From Chiloscyllium plagiosum (taxonomy: Eukaryota), in contig NC_057755.1 in the NCBI RefSeq assembly GCF_004010195.1, positions 11,125,928-11,189,927 of the forward strand: DNA of 64,000 nucleotides. Reading direction: 5' to 3'. Of the stretch, positions 24,490 to 37,325 are shown piece after piece. The notes under the pieces were generated by a model. It searched no databases, was not told the origin of the DNA, and saw nothing but the letters and a program-made list of their open reading frames with translations. Position numbers and translations under genes: made by a program. The number at the start of each line of letters is the position of its first letter. Positions within the stretch are counted from its first letter, which is position 1.

Positions 24490-27400
24490 TGATTACACAG
24501 AAAATTTGAATTGCTTTATTTCCAAGTTATCCATAAATTCCTTGAATAATTTGGATATGAAGTTTGATCCTTGATCTGAATGGATCTCTACTTGTAGTCT
24601 GTATCTTGTGAAAAATTTAAGTAATTCTTCTACAACCGTTTTAGCTGTGATGTTGCGTAATGAGGTTGCCTCTACAAATCTAGTCGACGCATCCATTATT
24701 GTTAATAAATACTTATTCCCACTTTTTATTTGAGGTAGGGGACCTACACAGTCCATCAAGACTCTTGTGAAAGATTCCTCAAATGTTGGAAAAGGTATTA
24801 AAGGTGCAGGTTTTATTACTGCCTGTAGTTTTCTGATCAGCTGACATGTATGATGCATCTGGCAAAATTCAACCACATCTTTGTGTAGTCCAGCCCAGTA
24901 AAACTGTCTTTGTATTTTAGCCTGTGTTTTCCTCACCCCTAAATGACCCTCCAAATGGTAACTCATGTACCATTCGCAACATCTCCTTTTTGTATCCTAT
25001 TGGCAAAAGAATTTGATGAATGTTTGCCCATTTCTCATCTACTTGAATGTGTGATGGACTCCATTTCCTCATTAAGACAATATTTGTTGAATAATAACAC
25101 ACAGGAATTCTTTGGAAATGCCTTTTGATATAACTGTTTGAACTCCTCATTTTTCTGCTGTAATTCAATCAGCTGAGCAGAGCTAAAAGTACTTGCATGT
25201 TTACCCATTTTCTCCTTCTCTGTTCCACTTATCGGATCAAAGAAAGTTTTGGATAACACTATGTCAGCTTCCTTATCTGTGCCTTTTGATCTCTCCTGCT
25301 TCAACTTGTGCCTCTGTGATCTTGTGATCACAATCAGGAAAAATTCCTGCATTAACATTCTCCATGTCTTCGGTTGCCTGCGTCTCCATTGGTCTTTCAA
25401 CGAGAGTAGGCAGCATGCCTACCAGTGAATCAGCTGCAAGGACAAATTGTATTCCTGGAGCTGAGAGTTTGTCCAGTACTCCAAACAGAAATCCCCTACT
25501 TTTATCTGGACTCTCTAGCCTCACTTTACATAACTGAGCACTTTTTGTCTCACCATGAATCCCAGTTACTGGTACCTTTTCTGGCAATAGTCCCTCAGGA
25601 GTAAACATCTCCTCATCCTTTAGTATTATAGACTGAGAGCATCCTGTGTCCCTTAATATTGTAACCTCCTTACACTTACCTATTACATCTGGCTTATGTG
25701 AATAAACTTTACCCTTGCATGTATATATTTTAAGCAGATCTGGCACTTCCTCCTTAACCAACCTCTGATCATCTTGTACACTCGGAGGGATTTGTCTAAC
25801 TTCCCTTGTGCTTTCTGTTACTGTCCAACAAAACCTCCAGGCTTGTCGGGATTTTCTACATCTGACTTTCTCCTAGCCCATCAATACTGTGCTTTTGTGT
25901 GGCCCACTTTATTACAATAAAAAGACCAGAGCCTTTTAACTTCTTTGTCCTTCTCAAGGGTTTATTTTTAACCTTTGGTAAGGTATCTTTATGATTTCCA
26001 TTGAGATCTACCTTTCCCTTTCCACGTGAGGATTTCTCTTTGCCCCAATTTCTATCCCTCATGGAAGCCAAACTGAGTTTTATGGACCAGCTCATAATCA
26101 TCAGCCACTTCAGCTGCTACCCTTGCTGTTTTAACTCTCTGCTCTTTGACATGAGTTTGCACTACTTCAGGCTGTGAATTTTTGAATTCACCAAAATAAT
26201 TACCTCTCTAAGGACATCATAAGATTGCTCAATTCTTAAAGCTCTTATCCATCTATCGAAATTACTCGGTTTGATCGTTTCAATCTCAATATAGTTTTCA
26301 CCAGGAACCCTCCTTAGGTTCATGAAATGTTATCTATCGGCTTCTGGTACAAGCTCATATGCACTGAAGATGGCTTTTTTCACCACCTCATACTCCCCAG
26401 ATACCTCCTTTGTTCGGGATGTGATTCCCTCACTAGCCCTACGTACAAGCATTGTTTGGATCAACAAAACCCACATTGCTACTGGCCACTGCATCTGTTA
26501 GTCACCTTTTCAAATGAGATGAAAAAGGCTTCCACATCTTTCCTATAAAGTTTAGGTAGTGCTTGAACATAAGTTTCTCACTAGACTACTGACTACCAGG
26601 GACTTTCTCATCCTAACTCTCTTCCTCATTAAACCTACCCTCAGCCTTTATCTCCAGCCTTTTAAACTGACTTCCCTTTAAGTGTCAGTTTTTGAAGTTC
26701 AAAAACTCTCTTTTCTCTCTTTTGCTGCTCTCTTTTTCTCTCTCTTCTGCTTTTAATCACAACTCAAACTGTTTCATTTCTGCTGCCCTTTCCTTATCTC
26801 TCACCACTATCTCAAGCTGCTTCATTTGCGATTGAATTCTTGCCATCACTATAGATTCTGATGGTTTCTCCGGCAAGTTTAAATGCTGAGCTACAGCTGT
26901 AATGATCTCTCCTTTCCTCATAGAAGCAGGCAGTTTCAATTCCATCTTCTCTGCTAATTCTTGCTACTTGGTCTTCTTCACTTTTTGCAAATCTTCCAAA
27001 GTCACCGCATCCTCATCCAGAAAAGGTTTGGTGACTGAAAGAGGCATTACTAACCCAAGCTTTGTCTACCCAACGAATTCAACATCCGAGACCTACCACT
27101 CGCTGTTTAAAATCCTGGAAGAGCCCCCAATCTGTTATGGACTAGGCCAGATCACGAAAACATTCTTAAAAGGCAGCCCCAGACCAAAACTTTGCAATTT
27201 GTTTCAGTAAATGTATAGTGAAAATTACCCAGAGTAAGATAGCTAGGCTGATTACTAGATTTGAAAACAGACAAAAAATTTATTCACAAAGTTACACAAT
27301 GAAACACAACGAACAGAATAAAGAACCCCTACAGAACTCAACCTGGTCAGCTCGACTTAATTATGCTGTTCCCAATATACACAACAGTCCCAGTATGCAA

Positions 27401-28335
27401 AATCCCTTTAAAAACCAGAATAAGTATAACACATGCTTACAGATTGAAGTTGAAGGGTAGAAAAGAGAGAGTGTTTCCACACAGCTCCCTGTTGAACTTC
27501 CTTGTTCAGGACTCAATTAAAAACTGCTCAACTCAGCTAGCTAAAGAACCGACCACGCCCCTTTCATTATACAGGTCACTTCTAAAGTATGACCATGTTG
27601 GCCTGAAGTCTCATCTGTTTACATATGAACAAAAGGCCTCTCAAAATCCTATTCATCTCTGTACAAAACCAGACTGATCGGAGTTTGATTGTTTCATTGT
27701 ATGCTGTGATACTTATAAATGCTGTCTTGCCAACTATCCAGCTCTATTTAATTGTTCTCTAAAATTTGACACATAGTCCAAATGGGTCGTCTGACCTATT
27801 AATTTCTCCTTAATCAATTTTAGATTAGATTAGATTACTTACAGTGTGGTAACAGGCCCTTCGGCCCAAGAAATCCACACTGACCCGCCGAAGCGCAACC
27901 CACCCAGACCCATTCCCCTACATTTACCCCTTACCTAACACTACAGGCAATTTAGCACAGCCAATTCACCTGACCTGCACATTTTTGGACTGTGGGAGGA
28001 AACCGGAGCACCCGGAGGAAACCCACGCAGACACGGGGAGAATGTGCAAACTCCACACAGTCAGTTGCCTGAGGCGGGAATTGAACCCAGGTCTCTGGCG
28101 CTGTGAGGCAACAGTGCTAACCACTGTGCTACCGTGCCGCCCACTATTTTTCTTTTTTTAGATTAGATTACAGTGTGGAAACAGGCCCTTCGGCCCAACA
28201 AGTCCACACCGACCCGCCGAAGCGAAACAGTCCTCTTACTTCATGCCCCAAAATTAATTCAAATGGACTGAATTTGGTTGATCCATTTGGTGCGTCTCTG
28301 ATTGCAGAAAGTACAAACGGACTTCCCTTATCCCA
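24490..28335 (-). mobile_element. Second copy of the Gmr1-like element: integrase-protease-gag (24490-27132), LTR (27133-~27685), then another integrase C-terminal piece
   Basis: ORFs nearly identical to 8365-10745. Integrase core DCVGPLP...IHSDQGSNF. PBS TGGGGGCTCTTCCAGGAT next to the LTR (tRNA-Pro-like). Confidence 0.9.
27820..28225 (-). mobile_element. HE1 SINE (full) plus a second HE1 3' fragment
   Basis: (tagat)n tails; reverse-complement tRNA head gcggcacggtagcacagtggttagc. Confidence 0.85.
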
Positions 28336-28337
28336 AT

Positions 28338-28640
28338 CAGAGAGTTAAAGAGTCATAGTGATGCACAGCACAGAAACAGAAGTTTTGGTCCAACCTGTCC
28401 ATGCTGACCAGATATCCCAACCCAATCTAGTCCCATCTACTAGCATCCAGCCCATATCCCTCCAAACCCTTCCTAGTCATATATCCATCCAGATGCCTTT
28501 CAAAAGTTGCAATTGTACCAGCCTCCACCACATCCTTTGGCAGGAATGATCCTCCACCACATCATTCCATACCCGTACCACCCTCTGAGTGAAAAAGTTG
28601 CCCCTTAGGTCTCCTTTATATCTTTTCCCTCTCACCCTGT
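28338..28640 (-). mobile_element. CR1/HER1 3' tail at the same site as the 8105 copy
   Basis: Both tails follow ...cggacttcccttat..caatcagag. Confidence 0.85.
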
Positions 28641-29154
28641 TTGTGTTTTGCCTTCAGTGTTTCTTCCTCTGAAATTATTTGTAATTCATGTTTTTACTAC
28701 TTTCCTTTACCTCTTCAACCAAGCTCACTAGCTTCTCCTGTTTTCCCACATCTGTCTTCCAGTGCTTTTTCTAAACCACCAACACTGCAACTTTATGACA
28801 GGGAAAGCCCCTGATTTTTTTTTTTTACTTTCCTTTCCCTGTCATGGGTTTCTTTTAGTATTTTGTGGTAATCTATCTTTGCTATCATTCATGAGATGTT
28901 CTTTTCCCCAATTTCTAACTCTTGCAGATTGAAATTGATGTTGGTGGCCAACCTTTGATTCATGAACCAAATCATTGGTCATCTGCCATTTTCTCTGCTT
29001 ACCTTGCAGTGTTAACTCTCTGCTCTTCCACATGAGTTGTCACTACTTCAGGAAGTGAATTTTTGAACTCCTGCAAAAGAATAGTCTCTCTAAGAGCATC
29101 AAATGTTTGACGTATCTTCAGATGCGCTTATCCATCTATCAAAATTACTTTGTT

Positions 29155-29860
29155 TGACCAATGTAAAATCTGCACCTACACCTCCCCCCTCACTTTCATC
29201 CAAGGCCCCAAAGGATCTTTTCACATCAGCAGAGATTTTCCTGCAAATCCAAAAACCTCATCTACTGTGTCTATTGTTCTTGATGTGGTTTCCTCTACAC
29301 TGGGGCTACAGGATACCGATGCACACAATGTTTCACAAAACATCTCTGAGACACACGCACCAAACAACCCCACCACCTTGTGGCTGATAACTTCAATTTT
29401 CCATCCCACTCCACCAAGGACATGCAAGTCCTGGGCCTCCTCCACTGGCAAATACAAGCCACTTAATGCCTGAAGGAAGGACGCCTCATCTTCCAACTTG
29501 GGACACTTCAACCATATGACATCAACATCGATTTCACCAGTTTCCTCATCTGCCCTCCCCCCACCTCATCCCAGATCTAACCCTCTAACTCAGCACCATC
29601 CTCTTGAACTTTCCTACCTGTCCATCTTCCTTCCCAGGTATCTGCTCCGCCCTCTGCTCCAAACTATCACTACCATCCTCCACCTGCATCCACCTATTGC
29701 TTTCGCAGCTACTTTCCCCCCACCCTTAACCTCCTATTTATCTCTCAGCCCCCTTCTTCCCCCAACATTCCTGATGAAGGGCTTATGGCCGAAACAATGA
29801 CTTTCCTACTCTTTGGATGCTGTCTGACCTGCTGTGCTTTTCCAGCACCACACTTTTTGC
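29155..29860 (+). mobile_element. Penelope-like element 3' fragment (GIY-YIG end plus pLTR)
   Basis: Homologous to 47330-48010. The pLTR has CTGATGAAGGGCTTATGGCCGAAAC at 29771. Confidence 0.8.
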
Positions 29861-30160
29861 CCCTTAAACTCTAGGTACATTTGACCATGTTTCCTCCTTA
29901 GATTCCTAAAAGGTTGTCTGTAGGCTTCTGTCACAAGTTCGTATACGCTTTAGATGGCTTATTCTATTTCATCAAACTTCCCAGTACCCCCTCTGATAAT
30001 GATAATTATCTCACCGGCTCTACCTACCAACTTTTTTTGAATCGACAATATCCACATGGTCACCGGCCATTTCGTTTGTTCAGCTACTTTCTCAAATGAA
30101 ATGAAAAAGGCTTCTACATCCTTCTTGTAGAACTTAGGCAATGTTTGGACATATTTAAAC

Positions 30161-30353
30161 AGATTCTGGATCAGTGGTGCTGGAAGAGCACAGCAATTCA
30201 GGCAGCATCCAACGAGCAGCGAAATCGACGTTTTGGGTTTTTGCCCGAAACATCGATTTCGCTGCTCGTTGGATGCTGCCTGAATTGCTGTGCTCTTCCA
30301 GCACCACTGATCCAGAATCTGGTTTCCAGCATCTGCAGTTATTGTTTTTACCT
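30161..30353. mobile_element. PLE pLTR-derived near-perfect hairpin insertion
   Basis: Arms ~30161-30237 and ~30243-30320 are reverse complements; TSD catatttaaac(agat) at 30150 and 30354. Confidence 0.85.
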
Positions 30354-30819
30354 CATATTTAAACAGATCCCCACCAAGCCTTTGGCTGCAATGGATTGCT
30401 CTCTTTCACTGTCCTCATCACTACTTTCACTGACCTTTCACTTCTACCTCCACCATTTTAAGTTGATTTTGAGTTTTCAGTTCCAACTGCTGAAGTTCAA
30501 AAACTCTCTCTTTCTCCCTTTCCTCTAACTCTTTTTCCTTTTCTTTTACTGGGGCCTTCCTTTGTTTTCTTTTTGTTCTACCAGTGCTTTTTCCTCTGCT
30601 TATAATCATAATTCAAACTGTTTCATTTCCTTTTCCCTTATCATTGCCTCACATTTAAGCTGCTCCATTTGAAATTGAATTTTAGCCATTTCCAATTATT
30701 CTGGTTACAATCCTGGCAATTGTGGACACTGAGCTTTTGCCACAATTATTTCCACTTTCCTGAAAGACACAGACAACTCCAACTTTAACTTCTTTGCTAT
30801 TCATCAGTCTAATAATGAA

Positions 30820-31625
30820 AGGGAAGAAGCTATTCCTGAACCTGTTGGTGCATTTGTTCAAGCTTTTTGTCTTCTGCCTGACGGAAGAGGTTGGAGGAGA
30901 TCGTTACCAGGGTACGATGGGTCTTTGATGACGTTGGCAGCCTTTCCATGGTAACGGGCCGTGTAAATGGAGTCCATGAATGAGAGGTTGGCTTCCACGA
31001 TGGGGTGTGCACACAACCTCCTGCAGTTTCTTATGGTCCTGGGCAGAGCAGTTGCTATTATAACATAGAACATTAAAAAGTACAGCACAGAACAGACTCT
31101 TACGCCCACGATGTTGTGCCGAGACTTAATCCTAATGTAAAATATAGTTACTTAACCTACGCATCCCTCAACTCACTGCTATCCATATGCATGTCCAGCA
31201 GTTGCTTAAATGCCCCCCAATGACTTCACTTCCACCACCTCAACTGGCAATGCATTCCATGCATTCACACCTCTCTGCATAAAGAACCTACCTCTGATTT
31301 CTCCTTTATACCTTCCTCCTATATACCTTCCTTCTAATATCTTCAAACTATGACTTCTCATACCAGTCAATCCTGCCCTGGGGAAAAGTCTCTGGCTATT
31401 ATGCACCTAGACAATATGGCTTCAGTGGTGTATCTGTAAAGGTTGGTGGGGGTCCTTTTGGGCATGCCAAATTTCCTGAGCCGCCTGAGGAAGAAGCAGT
31501 GTTGTTGTGCCTTCTTGACCGTCGCATCTACATGGGAGGTCCAGAATAGGTTGTCAGTTATTGTCACTCCTTTAGTTTTGCTGATGTTGTAAGAGAGACT
31601 GTTCTCATTACACCACATCACTATA
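30820..31625 (-). mobile_element. Rex1/Babar-like non-LTR RT C-terminal remnant, interrupted by a CR1 tail (~31060-31400)
   Basis: WCNENSLSYNISKTK; WTSHVDATVKKAQQ..FFLRRLRKFG; KAANVIKDPSYPG..LQPLPSGRR. Confidence 0.75.
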
Positions 31626-31874
31626 GTGCATCAATAAAATGTGTTTTCCATCAAGCCTGGTAGTTTGACTAATCGAATTGCATTCGGAACAAAACGCTTG
31701 TCCTTAAAATAAGAAAAATGTTATGGTGTAGGCAATCTCTGAAGCATGTTTTGAGAGAGTTTGGTTTGGTCTATAACAAACTGTGGGCTTTTGTCCATAT
31801 CAAAATCTCTCAGTCCAGGTTGGCTTTAGGATTCTTGGACTCAAAGGCGGTGAGTGTTGGTGTTTTTCTTACTT

Positions 31875-33230
31875 CAGTGTAGTGTACTTAGACTTTCGGA
31901 AAGCCTTTGATAAAGTCCCACAGAGGAGATTAGTGAGTAAAATTAGGGCACATGGTATTGGGGGCAAAATACTGACTTGGATGGAAAATTGGCTGGCTGA
32001 CAGGAAGCAAAGAGTAGTGATAAACAGGTCCCTTTTGGAATGGCAAGTGGTGACCAGTGGTGGTACCACAAGGTTCAGTGCTGGGACCGCAGCTGTTTAC
32101 AATATACATTAATGATATAGATGAAGGTATTAAAAGTAATATTAGCAAATTTGCTGATGACACAAAGCTGGGTGGCAGGGTGAAATGTGAGGAGGATGTT
32201 ATGAGAATACAGGGTGACTTGGACAGGCTAGGTGAATGGATGGATGCACGGCAGATGCAGTTTAATGTGGATAAATGTGTGGTTATCCACTTTGGTGGCA
32301 AGTACAGGAAGTCAGATTACAATCTAAATGGAGTCAAGTTAGGTAAAGGGGAAAGATGTGCAGGTCAGGTGAATTGGCCATGCTAAATTGCCCATAGTGT
32401 TAGGTGCATTAGTCAGAGGGAAACAGGTCTGGGTGGGTTACTCTTCGGAGGGTCGGTGTGGACCGGTTAGGTCCAAGGGCATGTTTCCACACTGTAGGGA
32501 ATCTAATTTAATTTAATCGAATATAATCTAATCTAGTTGTTCTTGTACATCAGTAAATGAAAGCAAGCATGCAGGTAGAGCAGGCAGTGAAGAAAGTTAG
32601 TGGCATGCTGGCCTTCATAATAAGAGGAATTGAGTATAGGAGCAGAGGTCCTTCTGCAGCTGTACAGGGCCCTGGTGAGACAGCACCTGGAGTATCATGT
32701 GCAGTTTTGGTCTCCAAATTTGAGGAAGGACATTTGGGCTACTAAGGAAGTGCAGCATAGGTTCATGAGATCTATTCCGGGACTATCATATGTTAAAAGA
32801 TTGGAGCGACTGGGCTTGTATACACTTGCGTTTAGAAGGATGAGCGGGAATCTGATTGAGACGTATAAGATTATTAAAGGATTGGACACTCTGGAGGCAG
32901 GAAGCATGTTTCCGCTGATGGGTGAGTCCAGAACCAGAGGACACAGTTTAAAAATAAGGGGTAGGCCATTGAGAACAGAGTTGAGGAGAAACTTCTTCAC
33001 CCAGAGAGTGGTGGATATATGGAATGCTCTGCCCCAGAAGGCAGTGGAGGCCAAGTCTCTGGATACTTTCAAGAAAGCGATGGATAGAGCTCTTAAAGAT
33101 ATTGGAATCAAACGTTATGGGGATAAGGCAGGAACAGGATACTGATTGAGGATGATCAGTCATGATCTTAATGAATGGTGGTGCTGGCTCAAAGGGCCAA
33201 TCGGGCCACTCCTACACCTATTGTCTATTG
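31875..33230 (+). mobile_element. CR1 LINE 3' part, with an HE1 fragment at ~32355-32535
   Basis: VVYLDFRKAFDKVP, PQGSVLGPQLF, KFADDTKL, RRNFFTQRVVDIWN. Confidence 0.9.
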
Positions 33231-33339
33231 TCAGGTGTTGTATTCGGTTCATTCAAACAGGGTGTGCCTTGTGTAATAATGGCTCTTTCAGTCATTGAGA
33301 GTCACTGTGCTGTGAGGCACTACCACCCTGCTCAGTGGT

Positions 33340-33443
33340 ATAGATTCAGAGTCAAGTGTATGGTGCTGGAAAAGCGCAGCAGGTCAGGCAGCGTCTGAGG
33401 AGCAGAAAATCAACGTTTCGGGCAAAAGCCCTTCATCAGGAAT
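33340..33443 (-). mobile_element. PLE pLTR fragment with a hammerhead core
   Basis: Minus strand ATTC-CTGATGA-A-GGGC-TTTT-GCCC-GAAAC-GTT-GAT. Confidence 0.8.
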
Positions 33444-33619
33444 CATTCCAATATCGATTCAGAACCTATCTCACAGCTCAAAACTAGGCATCGTGGTGCA
33501 GTTAGTGTTGAGTTCGATTCAGGGATTTTTAGCTGGCAAGACCATGGAACTTTACTGAGGATTGACACAGAGTAGTAATGAGATTAGACTGTGATAGGTT
33601 CAAAGTTGCACCACAGAAG

Positions 33620-33720
33620 GCAGAAACAGAGATTGCTGGAGAAACTCAGCAGGTCTGGTAACATCTGTGGAGGGAGACAGCAGAGTTAACATTTTGGGTC
33701 CAGTGGACCTTCTTCAGAAG
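33620..33720 (-). mobile_element. PLE pLTR fragment of a second family with a decayed hammerhead core
   Basis: Minus strand TTCTGAAGAAGGTCCACTGGACCCAAAATGTTAACTCTG...gacctgctgagtttctccagc. Confidence 0.65.
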
Positions 33721-33904
33721 TGTCCTTATAGACCCAGAGGTGTTGTGTGACAGGAGGGTCAGTACTTGAGACCATAAGACCACAGAAACAGAAATTAGGA
33801 CATTCGGCCCATCGCGACTACTCTGCTATTTGATCACGGCTGATAGGTTTTCAACCCCGTTTACCAGCTTGCTCCCCGTAACCTTTGATACCATTGGCAA
33901 CCGA

Positions 33905-35805
33905 GACGAGGATTTGCTGGATGTCTTGAAATGCATAAAAGTGGATAAATCCCCAGAACCTGACAGGTGTACCCTAGAACTCTGTGGGAAGCTGGAGAAG
34001 TGATTGTTCAGTCTCTTATTGAGATATTTGTATCATCGAGAGTCATAGATGAGGTGTTGTAAGACTTGAGGTTCGCTAACGTGGTGCCACTATGTAAGAA
34101 AGGTGGTAGGGAAAACCCAGGGAACTATAGACCAGTGAGCCTGACATCGGTGGTGGGCAGGTTGTTGGAGGCAATCCTGAGGGACAAAATTTACATGTGC
34201 CCGGAAAGGCAAGGACTGATTTGGGATAGTCAACATGGCTTTGAGCATGGGAAATCATGTCTCACAAACTTGATTGAGTTTTTTGAAGAAGTAACAAAGA
34301 GGATTGATGAACGCAGAGTGGTGAACTTCAGTAAGGCATTCAACAGTTTCCTCCTGGGAGACTAGTTAGCAAGATTAGATCTCATGGAATACAGGGAGAA
34401 CGAGCCATTTGGATACACAACTAGCTCAAAGGTAGAAGACAAAGTGTGTTGGTGGAGACTTTTCAGACTGGGGGCCTGTGACCAGTTGAGTGTCACAAGG
34501 ATCGGTGCTGGGTCCACTACGTTTTATCATTTATATAAATGATTTGGATATGAACATAGGAGGTATAATTAGTAAGTTTGCAGATGACACCAAAATTGGA
34601 GGTGTGATGGACAATGAAGAAAGCTACCTCAGAGTACAATGGGATCTTGATCAGATGAGTCAATGGGCTGAGGAGTGGCAGATGGAGTTTCATTTAGATA
34701 AATGTGAGGTCCTGTATTTTGGGAAAGCAAATCTTAGCAGGACTTATAGACTTAATGGTAAGGTCCGAGGGAGTGTTGCTGAACAAAGAGACCTTGGAGT
34801 GCAGGTTCATAGTTTCTTGAAAGTGGAGTTGCAGGTAAATAGGATAGTGAAGAAAGCATTTGGTATGCTTTCCTTTCTTGGTCAGAGTATTGAGTACAGG
34901 AGTTGGGAGGTCATGTTGCGGCAGTACAGGACATTGGTTAGGCCACTGTTGGAATATTGCGTACAGGTCTGGTCTTTTTCCCATAGGAAGGATATTGTGA
35001 AACTTGAAAGGGTTCAGAAAAGATTGACAAAGATGTTGCCAGGGTTGGAGGATCTGAGCTACAGGGAGAGGCTGATTAGGCTGGGGCTGTTTTCCCTGGA
35101 GCGCGGAGGCTGAGAGGTGATCTTATGGAGGTTTATAAAATCATGAGGGGCATGGATAGGATAAGTAGACAAGGTCGGCACGGCGGCACAGTGGCTAGCA
35201 CTCCTGCCTCTCAGTGCTAGAGACCCGGGTTCAATTCCCGCCTCAGGCGACTGACTGTGTGGCGTTTGCACATTCTCCCCGTGTCTGCATGGGTTTCCTC
35301 CGAGTGCTCCGGTTTCTTCCCACAGTCCAATAATGAGCAGGTTCGGTGGATTGGCCATGCTAAATTGCCCGTATTGTTAGGTGAAGGGGTAAATGTAGAG
35401 GAATGGGTCTGGGTGGGTTGCGCTTCGGAGGGTCGGTGTGCACTTGTTGGGCTGAAGGGCCTGTTTCCACACTGTAAGTGATCTGTAAGTCTTTTCCCTG
35501 GGGTGGGGGAGTCCAGAATTAGAGGGCATAAGTTTAAGGTGAGAGGGGAAAGATATAAAAGGGACTTAAGGGGCAACTTTTTCACACAGAGAGTGGTACG
35601 TGTGTGGAATCAGCTGCTGGAGAAAGTGGTGGAGGCTGTACAATTGCAGCATTTAAAAGGCATCTGGCTGGGTACATTAATACGAAGGGTTCAGAGGGAT
35701 ATGGGCCAAGTGGTGGCAAATGGGACTAGATTAGGTTAGGATGTCTGATCAGCATGGACGAGTTGGACCGAAGGTCTGTTTCCATGCTGTTCATCTCAAT
35801 GATTC
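33905..35805 (+). mobile_element. CR1/HER1 LINE 3' part with a full HE1 SINE at ~35175-35485
   Basis: PGNYRPVSLTS, QGSVLGP..FIIYINDL, KFADDTK; SINE with A/B boxes. Confidence 0.9.
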
Positions 35806-36209
35806 TAAGAACTTGTATATCTCTGTCTTAAATATACTCAATGAAGACAGAGATACTTGGGCCTCGAGTCAGAAAATCTGACAAAATGGAGTGCTCATTC
35901 AAAGAGCTGTCTGTTCAAGATGTTTTCATCATTCTCAGCATGAACTGCTTTTCTGGAATCTGCTTGTTATGCAAATGAATGATTTCCTCACACCAACTGC
36001 TGCAACATTCTGGTCACAAACAGATTGGATGCTGCTTGATAGCTTTTACCACAGACGTTGTGTCTGGGGAACCATCTGCTTCAAGTATGTGCACATACTT
36101 CCTGCCATGGGAACATAGAATCAAAGAACAGAAATAGGCCATTGGTCCCTTTGAGCCTGTTTTGTTATTCAATATGATCATGGCTGATTATCCAATTCAG
36201 TGAGATGAC

Positions 36210-37325
36210 CTGAGAGGACAGCCCTTAACATCAAGGCCAGATTCAACTGAGCAGGACATCAAGGAGACCTGATAAAACTGGGATCAATGAAAATCGGTGG
36301 GGGGGAAGCTATTCAGTGGTTGGACTCATTCCTGGTACTTGCGAAATTTGTTGTGGCTTGTGGAGGTTAGTCAGGGAGATCCTCATTGTGGTATCCTAGA
36401 CCCAACTATCATCAACTGCTTCATCAATGACCTTTTCTCCATCATAAAGTCAAAAGTGGAGATGTTCACCAACGATTGAACAATGTTCAGCACTATTCAT
36501 GATTTTTCAGATACTGAAGCAGCCCGTGTTCAAATGCAACAAGACCTGGACAATATCCAGGCTTGGGATGACAAGTAGCAAGTAACATTTGCACCACTCG
36601 AGTGCCAGATTAATGACCATCTCCAATAAGAAACAACCTAATCAAAACTCCTTGACATTCGATGGTGTTACCGGCACTGAATCCCTGACTATCAACATCC
36701 TGGAGGTTACCATAGATCAGAAACTCAACTGAACTCACCCCATAAACATAGTGTCTACAAGACCAAGTCAGAATGTAGGAATACTGTGGTGAATAACTCA
36801 CCTCCTGAATCCCCAAATCCTGTCCACCATCCACAAGAGAGTGATGGAATACTTTCCACTTGCCTGGATGGATGTGGCTCCAACAACACTCAAGAAGCTT
36901 GACACCATTCCAGGACAAATTAGTCCTTTTGATTGGCACCACATCCACAAGCAAGCAGTCCCTCCATCACACACTCAATTGCAGCAGTGCGTACCATCTA
37001 CAAGTTGCCCTGCAGAAATTCACCAAACATCCTCAGGCAGCACCTTCCATCCCACAACTAATTGACGTCTAGAAGCACAAGGGCAGCAGATACATGGTAA
37101 CACCAACCCCTGCAAGTTCCCCTCCAGCCACTCACTATCCTGATTTGGAAAAATGTCACTGTTCCTTCATTGTCACTGGGTCAATTTCTGGAATTCCCTC
37201 GCCAGTGGCATTGTGTATCTACCTGCAGCACATGAAGGCAGCTCCTGACCACCATCTCAAGGGGCAACTAGGGATGTGTAATTCATGCTAGCCCAGCCAG
37301 TATGTCTCATGAGTGAATAAAAAAC
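36210..37325 (+). mobile_element. Old CR1/L2-group LINE 3' remnant
   Basis: GILDPTIINCFINDL..MFTND; MEYFPLAWM.VAPTTLKKLDTI; A-rich tail near 37320. Confidence 0.7.

Larger units (their letters stand above)
28640..30800 (-). mobile_element. Gag (SCAN-type) remnant of a related Gmr1 family, interrupted by PLE insertions
   Basis: PKFYKKDVEAFFISFEKVAEQTKWPVTMW; coiled-coil ELEEREKERVFELQQLEL. Confidence 0.8.

Noticed and set aside
35175..35250. tRNA gene (also 18545, 21715 and 28075-28140)
   Set aside because: A/B-box heads continue into the HE1 SINE body and tail; there is no complete cloverleaf.
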